Origin: Octopus sinensis
Lineage: Eukaryota
NCBI RefSeq assembly: GCF_006345805.1
Contig: NW_021827732.1
Coordinates: forward strand, 1-9,975
Direction: 5' to 3'
Length of the DNA: 9,975 nucleotides
In this document: piece by piece, positions 1 to 8,984 of the stretch
How the letters are laid out: the number at the start of each line of letters is the position of its first letter
Numbering within the stretch: position 1 is the stretch's first letter
Translations under genes and position numbers: made by a program
Notes under the pieces: model-generated
Databases searched by the model: none
The model's input: the letters and a program-made list of their open reading frames with translations, nothing else
What the model was told of the DNA's origin: nothing

Positions 1-235
1 TCTAATGACCGGAACAGGTAAAAAAATAAAGTATATTTTATTTTAATGCCTCACCGATTACATGTTATGATATTTCGATGACTTTCGTATTATATACGTA
101 AAGCGAGGTCAACCATCTATTAATGGCAAGCCGTGGTTTCCTCACCATCATCACCCATTTGGATATTGCTGTCCGAAACCTTAGAGAACAATTGACCCAA
201 ATTTCCATTGCATATGAAGAACCGAGATCACAATA

Positions 236-755
236 CCCCAGTGCGTAACTGGTACTTAGTTAATCGACCCCGAAAGGATGAAAGGCAAAGTCGACCTCGG
301 CAGAATTTGAACTCAGAATGTAGCGGCAGACGAAATACCCATTTCTTTACTGCCCACAAGGGGCTAAACACAGAGAGGACAAACAAGGACAGACAGACGG
401 ATTAAGTCGATTATATCGACCCCAGTGCGTAACTGGTACTTATTTAGTCGACCCCGAAAGGATGAAAGGCAAAGTCGACCTCGGCGGAATTTGAACTCAG
501 AACTTAACGGCAGACGAAATACCTATTTCTTTACTTCCCACAGGGGGCTAAACACAGAGGGGACAAACAAGGACAGACAGACAGATTAAGTCGATTATAT
601 CGACTCCAGTGCGTAACTGGTACTTAATTTATCGACCCCGAAAGGATGAAAGGCAAAGTCGACCTCGGCGGAATTTGATCTCAGAGCGTAGCGGCAGACG
701 AAATACGGCTACGCATTTCGCCCGGCGTGCTAACGTTTCTGCCAACTCTGCTGCC
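236..755 (-). mobile_element. tRNA-derived SINE-like element (family A) with internal 184-bp tandem units, 3'-truncated
   Basis: The minus strand starts GGCAGCAGAGTTGGCAGAAACGTTAGC (A-box-like, + strand 734-744). B-box-like GAGTTCAAATTCC (e.g. 486-498) recurs in each unit. The anchor cccagtgcgtaactggtact starts at 236, 420 and 604 (period 184). The same family occurs at 6414-6989. Confidence 0.85.
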
Positions 756-1790
756 TTAGAGTAAACGTATATTAACTACTTTTAGTGGCGCTGAGTAGAT
801 ATTTTAATCAGTCTTTTGAAGCGTACTGCAGACGGTATTTACAAAGATACTGTCTATTCAATCTTAGCTTATTTTATTAGCTGAGTTGAAGGGATGTCGA
901 GCGGGCATATAGGTTACACTATAATTATTTAAATAGCATAAACATAAGAGTTATGGCTGTTATCAACATAATAGAATAGCATTGTCAGACGTAATATACA
1001 GGTGTTAATGAAGATGTATAATTATGCATTTATATATGTAGGCACATATGTTTGTCTGTGCACATGAATGTGTTTGAATGCATTTGACTCATCACATTAT
1101 TTCTTCCGCTAGTTATTTGAATCTATTATATTTGCACAAGTATTTTTCAGTAAGTGATAAGTAAACTTTAGGCTATTTTCTTTTCCGTTTTGCATAATAC
1201 GATTTACAAATTGTTAATATAAATTGTCATGTGTAAGAAAAAATAACAATTGAATTTTCAATATTCTATAAAATGAAAAAGCGCAACATAATATAAAACA
1301 GCGAAAAATTTGAATTTTATCTTACGCATAAATTTAAAAGATTAGCACGAGAGAATCGTACTTATATATTTCAGTTGTACGTTTTCCTTCCTAAAGAAAA
1401 TAATTTTATGATTTCTTCTCACAATAACCCCTTCGCATTAGCTGCATCGATGCCGATTTCGTATTATTTTTTTTCTATTTTATGATCAGCGTTAACAAAT
1501 ACCAGCTTATAAAATACTCAACAACGCAAGAAAACTACGAAGCTGAGCGATTATATTAACTCATAAATTTCTATCTCTGAAACCAACAGCTGCTAGTGCT
1601 ACCACAATGACACTGGAATTACTGTGCTATGTCCACGGCACTTGAATTATTTGCTGGCGTATGAGACGTACCCATATTTTAGAAATATATTTTGTGGGAG
1701 AAAAAAACAAAACAAATCTAATTGTGAGGAATGGTAAAATGATTTTGTAAGGAGGGTAAAATGTAATGATTCTGTGCATGTATATATATA

Positions 1791-2181
1791 TTTTTTTGGA
1801 AGCACTCCGTCGGTTACGACGATGAGGGTTCCGGTTGATCCGAATCAGCGGAACAGCCTGCTCGTGAAATTAACGTGTAAGTGGCTGAGCACTCCACAGA
1901 CACGTGCACCCTTAACGTAGTTCTCGGGGATATTCAGCGTGACACAGAGAGTGACAAAGCCGGTCTTTTGAAATAGAGGTACAACAGAAACAGGAAGTAA
2001 GAATGAGAGAAAGTTGTAGTGAAAGAGTACAGCAGGGATCACCACCATCCCCTGCCGGAGCCTCGTGGAGCTTTAGGTGTTTTCGCTCAATAAACACTCA
2101 CAACGCTCGGTCTGGGAATCGAAACTGCGATCCTACGACCGCGTGTCCGCTGCCCTAACCACTGGGCCATTGCGCCTCCAC
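1791..2181 (-). mobile_element. Full-length tRNA-derived SINE (family C)
   Basis: Minus-strand A box TGGCCCAGTGG (2159-2169), B box GTTTCGATTCC (2115-2125) and a short A tail (1791-1797). Candidate TSD gcatgtatata (1776-1786) / gcatgtaaata (2182-2192). Resembles octopus tRNA-derived SINEs (OK/OR1/OR2 group, from memory; exact family not assigned). Confidence 0.88.
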
Positions 2182-2229
2182 GCATGTAAATACAACGTTC
2201 TGACAATAGATTGGAGTAAAGTATGTAAG

Positions 2230-2446
2230 CTTTTACTCTTTTAATCGTTTCAGTCATGTGACTGTGGCCATGCTGGAGCACTGTCGTTAGTCGAGCAAAT
2301 CGTCCCCAGGATTTATTCTTTGTAAACCTAGTACTTATTATATCGGTCTCTTTTTGCCGAACCGCTAAGTTACGGGGACGTAAACACATCCGCATCGGTT
2401 GTCAAGCGATTTTGGAGCGGGGGACAAACACAGACACACAAACATA
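2230..2446 (-). mobile_element. 3' body of SINE family B
   Basis: Its reverse complement matches 4336-4545 and 9472-9626 (gtaacttagcggttcggcaaaa...ctccagcatggccacagtca.atgactgaaac..taaaagagtaaaag). Confidence 0.88.
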
Positions 2447-2447
2447 T

Positions 2448-2448
<1 letters not shown>

Positions 2449-2478
<30 letters not shown>
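2449..2478. repeat. (CA)15 microsatellite
   Basis: Direct reading. Confidence 0.97.
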
Positions 2479-2483
<5 letters not shown>

Positions 2484-2489
2484 GTATAA

Positions 2490-2670
2490 ATATATGATAG
2501 ATCGTTAGCCACTAGACACATTTTTCCCTCCTTGTTTTTCTGTGTCCCTTCCTGTAGAAGAGCGTAGGTTCGAAACGTAACAGACTTTTTCTATTCCTGA
2601 GCGTTATACTAATACATCTGTTTGTTTTGTACACCACCTGTCTTCGTCTTTTGGTTTTTTCGTAAACTCT

Positions 2671-2673
<3 letters not shown>
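2490..2673 (+). mobile_element. Short microsatellite-flanked module with a degenerate hammerhead-like motif (possible Penelope/retrozyme-like derivative)
   Basis: About 180 bp of complex sequence lies between the (CA)n/(TA) and (TA)26 tracts. It contains CTGTAGA-A-GAGC-GTAG-GTTC-GAAA-CGT-A at 2552-2579. Confidence 0.45.

Positions 2674-2725
<52 letters not shown>
2674..2725. repeat. (TA)26 microsatellite
   Basis: Direct reading. Confidence 0.97.
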
Positions 2726-2728
<3 letters not shown>

Positions 2729-2862
2729 CGATGAAAAGTTCTGTGTCTTCTATGGAAATTCTCTTGACCAAAATATTAACAACTATACAGATGACCTGAA
2801 AGACGATGAAATCATGATAAAGAGCGCGTATACTTAGATTCTATAATATAGATTTATGATTG

Positions 2863-3025
2863 GGCGTAGGAGTGGCTGTGTGGTATGTAGCTTGCTTACC
2901 AACCACATGGTTCCGAGTTCAGTCCCACTGCGTGGCACCTTGGGCATGAGTCTTCTACTATAGCCTCGGGTTGACCAAAACTTTGTGAGTGGATTTGGTA
3001 GACGAAAACTAAAAGAAGCCCATCC
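2863..3025 (+). mobile_element. 5' head of SINE family B
   Basis: GGCGTAGGAGTGGCTGTGTGG (A box) ... GAGTTCAGTCCC (B box) ... gaagcccatcc, followed by a TA/TG tract. Matches 4166-4328. Confidence 0.9.
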
Positions 3026-3058
3026 TATATATGTGTGTGTATATATATATATATATAT

Positions 3059-3163
3059 AAAATATTATTCGAGACAAAACCACTATTTTGCAAAACAAAC
3101 AAGGAAAGACTTAATCAATACATAAAATTTTAATAAATAGTCAAAAAAACCACTATATAAAAA
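3059..3163 (-). repeat. Microsatellite-flanked dispersed module, partial copy
   Basis: The reverse complement of 3072-3125 aligns to 8303-8357 at about 47/55 positions. Confidence 0.75.
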
Positions 3164-3273
3164 AACCCGAGGCTATAGTAGAAGACTCATGCCCAAGGTG
3201 CCACGCAGTGGGACTGAACTCGGAACCATGTGGTTGGTAAGCAAGCTACATACCACACAGCCACTCCTACGCC
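3164..3273 (-). mobile_element. 5' head of SINE family B (right arm of the inverted duplication)
   Basis: Exact reverse complement of 2863-2972. Confidence 0.9.
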
Positions 3274-3770
3274 CAATCATAAATCTATATTATAGAATCT
3301 AAGTATACGCGCTCTTTATCATGATTTCATCGTCTTTCAGGTCATCTGTATAGTTGTTAATATTTTGGTCAAGAGAATTTCCATAGAAGACACAGAACTT
3401 TTCATCGTATTGTGTTACCGTAATCATTCATCAAGTTGGTGCAACGCTGCTCTGGCTTCGTTGTCATCCATTGATTGCAAATAGCTAACAGGTGCATGAA
3501 AATTTAACATTCCTTTCATTTTTCTAGGCAGAAGTTTAATTATATGGTAAAATATTAATAAAATATCGTAAAATATTGAGTGTGCGGTATGAATGCTGAA
3601 GAAGAAAATATTATGAGATGATGTTATCTTTCCATATAACTGCCGACGTACTGTAAGCAAATTTTCGCAACTTTGTCCTGTTTTTCTCACAGACGGTGCC
3701 CAACAGATCCTACTATACTGTGTAGCCGACAAAATCAAAAACAAACAATGCGCACGCAAGGAATTAAAGA

Positions 3771-3819
3771 TGCACACACACACACTCCTGCGCTTATGTA
3801 TATATGTATATACATATAT

Positions 3820-3894
<75 letters not shown>

Positions 3895-4075
3895 AATACC
3901 TACATGTATGTATACATATATATGTATGTATGTAAAGATATATATATGTGTGTGTGTGGGGGTGTGTGTATGTATACGCAGGTGTGTGATGCACACACGC
4001 ATATATCTTTACATACATACATACATATATATGTATACGCACATATAGGTATATCTATCTATCTATCTATCTATA

Positions 4076-4138
<63 letters not shown>

Positions 4139-4165
4139 ATATATATATATATATATATATACATA
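3771..4165. repeat. Compound microsatellite region: (CA)n, (TA)n, (TACA)n, (TATC)n
   Basis: (CA)n at 3835-3872 and (TATC)n at about 4052-4137, with TA/TACA tracts between and after. Confidence 0.95.
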
Positions 4166-4551
4166 GGCGTAGGAGTGGCTGTGTGGTAAGTAGCTTGCTT
4201 ACCAACCACATGGTTCCGGGTTCAGTCCCACTTCACGGCACTTTGGGCAAGTGTCTTCTACTATAGCCTCAGGCCGACCAAAGCCTTGTGAGTGGATCTG
4301 GTAGACAGAAACTGAATGAAGCCCGTCGTATATATGTCTGTGTGTCCTTGTTTGTCCCCCAACATCGCTTGACAACCGATGCTGGTGTGTTTACGTCCCC
4401 GTAACTTAGCGGTTCGGCAAAATTGACTGATAGAATAAGTACGAGGCTTCCAAAGAATAAGTCCTGGGATCGATTTGCTTGTCTAAAGACGGTGCTCCAG
4501 CATGGCCACAGTCAAATGACTGAAACAAGTAAAAGAATAAAAAGCAAAAAA
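4166..4551 (+). mobile_element. Full-length tRNA-derived SINE (family B) inserted in a (TA)n tract
   Basis: A box TGGCTGTGTGG (4176-4186), B box GGGTTCAGTCCC (4218-4229), a short internal TA/GT linker near 4329-4345 and an A-rich tail. Candidate TSD atatacata at 4157-4165 and 4552-4560 (low complexity, so weak). Confidence 0.9.
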
Positions 4552-4570
4552 ATATACATATATATATATA

Positions 4571-4923
4571 CTAAGCAATAAAGGGTTTAGCAACGAATTG
4601 CCTTACCACATACCGAATTTAGAAATAGCAGTCAAAGAGTTATAGCTATTTCTTCTACTAAAAAGGGAGATCTCAGTAAAGACAGCAATTGGAAGGCAGA
4701 CACAAACAGGTAAGAGAGAATGAATTGACGGCAATCTATCATACATTTTTAAGTTATCTACGGACGTACGTTTCGAAATCAAGTTTTTAGGAAAGCATAA
4801 GAATTAAATATTAAATATTAAATAATTCTATCTTACCGAAGGCTTTTACATGCCGAAGACTACTTGGTGTAATTGATAATTATTCCAAATTAATAATTTC
4901 ACCCTTCATTATTACGGATAACC
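4571..4923. other. Complex-sequence module flanked by (TA)n on both sides, unclassified
   Basis: About 350 bp between TA tracts. It carries GAAACGTACGTC on the minus strand (4763-4774). No second copy in the window. Confidence 0.3.
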
Positions 4924-4979
4924 ATATATATATATATATATTTATATACACATACATATATATATATACACACACATAT

Positions 4980-5051
<72 letters not shown>

Positions 5052-5099
5052 ACATATATATATCTACATTATTCATTATATATTTATAATATATATGTA
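4924..5099. repeat. Imperfect (TA)n/(TACA) microsatellite
   Basis: Direct reading. Confidence 0.95.
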
Positions 5100-5299
5100 T
5101 CAGCTGAAAAAGAAACAGTGTGTGAGATATATATCACTCACACATGAATAAGTGAGTATATATTTTATAAAAGTCGTTAGTAAAAAACTATACATTGCAT
5201 ACACACTCACACATACATTTTCACACACATCTCTACATAAATCATGTACTTACATATATATTTGTTTAGCTTTGTATCCCTCCAAATAAATATAATAGA

Positions 5300-5344
5300 C
5301 ATATATATATATATATATACATATATATATACATATATATATAC

Positions 5345-5376
<32 letters not shown>
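5300..5376. repeat. (TA)n interrupted by CA
   Basis: Direct reading. Confidence 0.95.
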
Positions 5377-5377
<1 letters not shown>

Positions 5378-5880
5378 GCATTGTATCTTTTTACATAGCA
5401 TTATCTATAAAAGACTGACGTTGATGTCAGCCTATCCATTTCTTTGAAAATAACTAGACATCAAAGCTATCCCAGGAGGAGATCAAATGTCGTTAACCAA
5501 TTAAAATGATAAGATTTGCAGTTGAATTCTCTTGGTTATTTGCGGCGTCGGTTTTTTCTTTCCAAAATCACTTTTTGTTTTTTCCAAAACTTTGAACAAA
5601 AATGAAATATGTTCGAAGCAGTCATGTCGCATACTAAGCTAATATTCGTCATATTATGAAGGAAACGTAGAAGAAAAAAAAATATCTTGTATTTCACGAC
5701 ATATTAAGAAATAGTATTTCTCAAATTTTGTACAAATATATATGTGTATCTGACCATTTTTCAGCTCTGTGTAATTATTTACATCAGGGATTTTGCGGTG
5801 AACTGGAATCAATAATATGTTAGCGAGATCATGGAACGCATTTTGTTATTTTTGTGTATTAGCTTGTTATATTTGTTATA

Positions 5881-6278
5881 TCTTTATATATAAAAGTAAG
5901 GTTGTGTGTCTGTCTCCTACGATTTAGATTCCTAACTACTCCCACATTTTGCAGTGCAGTTTAACCAAAACCGGGTATCTTATAGTCGTGATTCATATTG
6001 AGCCCTTCTGGTATTAGCGCGTCTACGATGAGTCTACGATTTTAAAAAATAATTTACCATAATTTTTTTCCATTTTAATGCATTTTATTTCGCTATTATA
6101 TAAGGGAAGTAACTCTCTAAAAATGTCTACGATGAGTCAACGATTAAAAAAAAAAATTACCATCATTTGTTTTCCATTTTTAATGCATTTCTTTTGCTAT
6201 TTTTTGGCTATAACTCTCTAAAAATGCTTTATAGTTATTTCCCTTACAAACCCGAGCAACGCCGGGCGATACTGCTAG
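5881..6278 (+). mobile_element. Non-autonomous Helitron (398 bp)
   Basis: 5' end A|TCTTTATATATAAAA (TC at 5881). 3' GC-rich hairpin CCCG-A-GC-AAC-GC-CGGG (6251-6266), then 8 nt, then CTAG|T (6275-6278). It sits between A and T with no TSD, which are the canonical Helitron termini. Confidence 0.88.
6021..6225 (+). repeat. Imperfect ~104-bp tandem duplication inside the Helitron
   Basis: Units start with gtctacgatgagtc at 6021 and 6125, and both end taactctctaaaaat. Confidence 0.85.
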
Positions 6279-6413
6279 TTTATATATATAATATCTCGAA
6301 TATCAAGCATTTTTCTGTTTATGGCCTTAGCTGCTGAACATTTTCGGTGTTACTGAATATAACGTAGATGTACGTCGGAAGATCTTGCTTCCCATGCGCA
6401 TAGAATGATGAGT

Positions 6414-6989
6414 TCAAATTTTTGTCACAAGGGCAGCTTGGGACTAGGGATTATTAAGTCAATTACTTCGATCCCAGTGCGTAACTGGTACTTATTAAAT
6501 CGACCCCGAAAGGATGAAAGGCAAAGAAGACGTCGGTGGAATTTGAACTCAGAACGTCGCGGCAGACGAAATACCTATTTCTTTACTCCCCACAAGGGGC
6601 TAAACACAGAGAGGACAAACAAGGAGAGATAAACAGATTAAGTCGATTACATCGAGCCCAGTGCGTAACTGGTACTTAATTTATCGACCCCGAAAGGATG
6701 AAACGCAAAGTCGACCTCGGCGGAATTTGAACTCAGAACGTAGAGGCAGACGAAATACCTACTTCTTTACTACCCACAAGGGGCTAAATACAGAGAGGAC
6801 AAACAAGGACAGACAAACGGATTAAGTCGATTACATCGACCCCAGTGCGTAACTGGTACTTATTAAATCGACCCCGAAAGGATGAAAAGCAAAGTCGACC
6901 TCGGCAGAATTTGAACTTAGAAGTAGAGGCAGACGAAATATCACTGAGCATTTCACCCGGCGTGCCAACTATTCTGCCAACTCGCCGCC
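6414..6989 (-). mobile_element. SINE family A with internal 184-bp tandem units and a probable 3' tail
   Basis: Head GGCGGCGAGTTGGCAGAA at 6989 on the minus strand. Unit anchors at 6472, 6656 and 6840. The last unit continues into a different tail (ctgcccttgtgacaaaaatttgaa); the exact 3' boundary is uncertain. Confidence 0.85.
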
Positions 6990-7000
6990 CTTTAACATAA

Positions 7001-7150
7001 ATAGCTATTTCTTACTACCCACAAGGGGTTAAAACACAGAGAGGACAAATAAGGACAGACAAACGGATTAAGTCGATTATATCGACCCCAGTGGTGTAAC
7101 TGGTATTTAGCATTTCGTCCGGCTTGCTAACGTTTCTGCCAGTTCGCCGC
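7001..7150 (-). mobile_element. Internally deleted SINE family A copy
   Basis: The head GCGGCGAACTGGCAGAAACGTTAGC...GAAATGCT is joined directly to TACCAGTTAC. The B box and central block (~90 bp) are missing. Confidence 0.8.
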
Positions 7151-7663
7151 TTATGTTTAAACAATCTCTCGTAGCAAATACGCCCACCACGGACCATGGA
7201 ATGCATAGGCCATCATATATGAAATCGAAGTTTGATTAGCAATTAAATATAAATTAATATCTTAGAGTAAATTTGCAATTAACTACAGGCGCAAAAATTA
7301 ACTAACTACCGCAGGAATTATATCTAAATGACAAAGCAGAATATAAAATGTAGGTATGCAGAAAAATTGATATCCAGTGCCTGTATAGCTGTGTTGGATT
7401 TTAACACATTCGTTCAAGCGTTGATGTTTAGAGCAGATGCATGCGGGCAGAAAATTGTGAATGCACACAACATCTATTCACGCTACAACAATTTCAAATT
7501 CATAGGATCATTAACGCAAAATTAACACTGTAATTAACAAACTGTAATTCCATAAATTGATTCCTTTTCTAACTGGAGCTGTTTAACTAGAAAACATGAA
7601 ACGCTGTATCAATTTCGCGCGACCCTACCCAATATTTGTGTGTGTGTTATATTACTATACGTA

Positions 7664-7916
7664 CATAAGATACAGTGTATATTTAAACACATGAGGAATC
7701 CACTGATAGGATTCAACACGCTAGAAAAACAGCTAGGTTCTATAACCACAAAAATTAGGGATAAAATTCGACAGGAACAAAATGAAAAATAAAACATTTC
7801 GTACCTGTCGAATTTTATTCCTAATTTTTGTGGTTATAGAACCTAGCTGTTCTTTCTAGCGTGTTGAATCCTATGAGTGGCTTCCTCGTGTGTTTAAATA
7901 TACACTGTATCTTATG
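7664..7916. mobile_element. Foldback/MITE-like element (~253 bp, nearly all inverted repeat)
   Basis: Arms 7664-7775 and 7804-7916 differ by 4 substitutions and 1 indel. Pairing extends imperfectly inward to a 10-nt A-rich loop (7785-7794). The inverted repeat is certain; the MITE call is inferred. Confidence 0.7.
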
Positions 7917-8006
7917 ACTAATATATAGTCTTTTGGACTAAACTTTACACGTTAGACCACTCGAAATGTATATTTTAATTAATTTCCATTTCCCTTTGAT
8001 ATGATT

Positions 8007-8013
8007 ACATATA

Positions 8014-8064
<51 letters not shown>

Positions 8065-8126
8065 CACACATATATACATATATATAGATATATATAGATA
8101 CATATATATAATATATGTATATATAT

Positions 8127-8216
<90 letters not shown>
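8007..8216. repeat. Compound (CA)n/(TA)n/(TACA)n microsatellite
   Basis: Direct reading. Confidence 0.95.
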
Positions 8217-8217
<1 letters not shown>

Positions 8218-8370
8218 CAGCCATGAAACGATCGTAGTGTTATATTAATTATATTTTTTTAATAATTTTGTTATATATTTAAATAATATAAATTAAATAA
8301 TCTTATGTATTGGCTTAAGTTTTTCATTGTATGATTTGCCTAATAGTGGTTTTGTCTATAATTTAATATA
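8215..8370 (+). repeat. Microsatellite-flanked dispersed module (homologous to 3059-3163)
   Basis: Flanked by (TA)n on both sides. 8303-8357 matches the reverse complement of 3072-3125. It begins with GAAACGATCGTA (8225-8236). Confidence 0.7.
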
Positions 8371-8984
8371 ATATATATATATATATATACAAGCTTAAAA
8401 GCAAACATGGTGCACTCAGATCTGCAGTATGCACAACGTCAATATATGTATAGAATTCGCTACACGACTCTGAATTTACTAATCTTCCCAGATAACGAAG
8501 CGAGTAGTTACATATTGATTAATCAACTGATCATTAATTGGCGAGATTTCTAATCAGAATTACCAACGTTTAACACTAAGGTGTAGAATGAGTGAGACTA
8601 CAATACGTGAATCTCGAAGGTGGATAAGAGTATGAGGTTGAGAATTAAAGAATAAATAAAATGCATTTGTAGTCTAGGGATGTCCTCAAACATAGCAACC
8701 TCGCTCATAAAGGCTGATACTGGCAAAAGAGCATTGCATATTAGACGATTATAGGCTCTGAGCATGACATTTGGCCATATTAAAAAATATTGTAAGACAG
8801 ACGCTGATATGGTTCTAGCAACGAACAATGTATCAAATAAAACTTCCCGTACCTGTGCGTAGCTTTGTGTTGGCATATGAGAGGTTTGAATAATTGCCCT
8901 TTATTTAAGCTATTTATGATAGATGAATCAAACCGACGGCAAAGAAAAATAGCCCATAGTCAAATACAGGCATATCATTTAATA

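Larger units (their letters stand above)
2725..3411. repeat. Perfect 248-bp inverted duplication (arms 2725-2972 and 3164-3411, 191-bp spacer)
   Basis: I found no mismatch between the arms by eye. Each arm is 138 bp of non-SINE sequence plus 110 bp of SINE-B head. Confidence 0.95.

Noticed and set aside
236-755. 184-bp arrays as a CRISPR array
   Set aside because: The whole unit is conserved (no unique spacers), there are no cas genes, the context is eukaryotic, and the arrays have a tRNA-like head.
2100-2181. SINE heads as genuine tRNA genes
   Set aside because: A and B boxes are present, but I see no complete cloverleaf or acceptor stem, and each head continues into a SINE body.
2796-2815. 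CTGAAAGACGATGAAA and CTGAAGAAGAAA (3596-3607) as hammerhead cores
   Set aside because: No helix II or helix III geometry.
3424-4266. Long ORFs 3424-4002 (-), 3673-4266 (+), 3794-4042 (-)
   Set aside because: They are mostly translated microsatellite (YI/HT/CV runs). The non-repetitive ~100 codons (3424-3745, minus) follow a pyrimidine-rich ...CAG but resemble no protein I recognise, and that length is within chance expectation for 10 kb.
5123-5148. Small hairpin gtgtgag-atatatatca-ctcacac
   Set aside because: Low-complexity sequence, expected by chance among CA/TG/TA repeats.
208-7206. ORFs 208-405, 1845-2048, 1912-2097, 2087-2395, 6405-6632, 7015-7206
   Set aside because: They lie within SINE sequence. 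The similarity between 208-405 and 6405-6632 reflects the repeat, not a gene family.
5207-8224. ORFs 5207-5401, 5244-5447, 7979-8224
   Set aside because: They are stop-free only because of (TA)n/(CA)n repeats.
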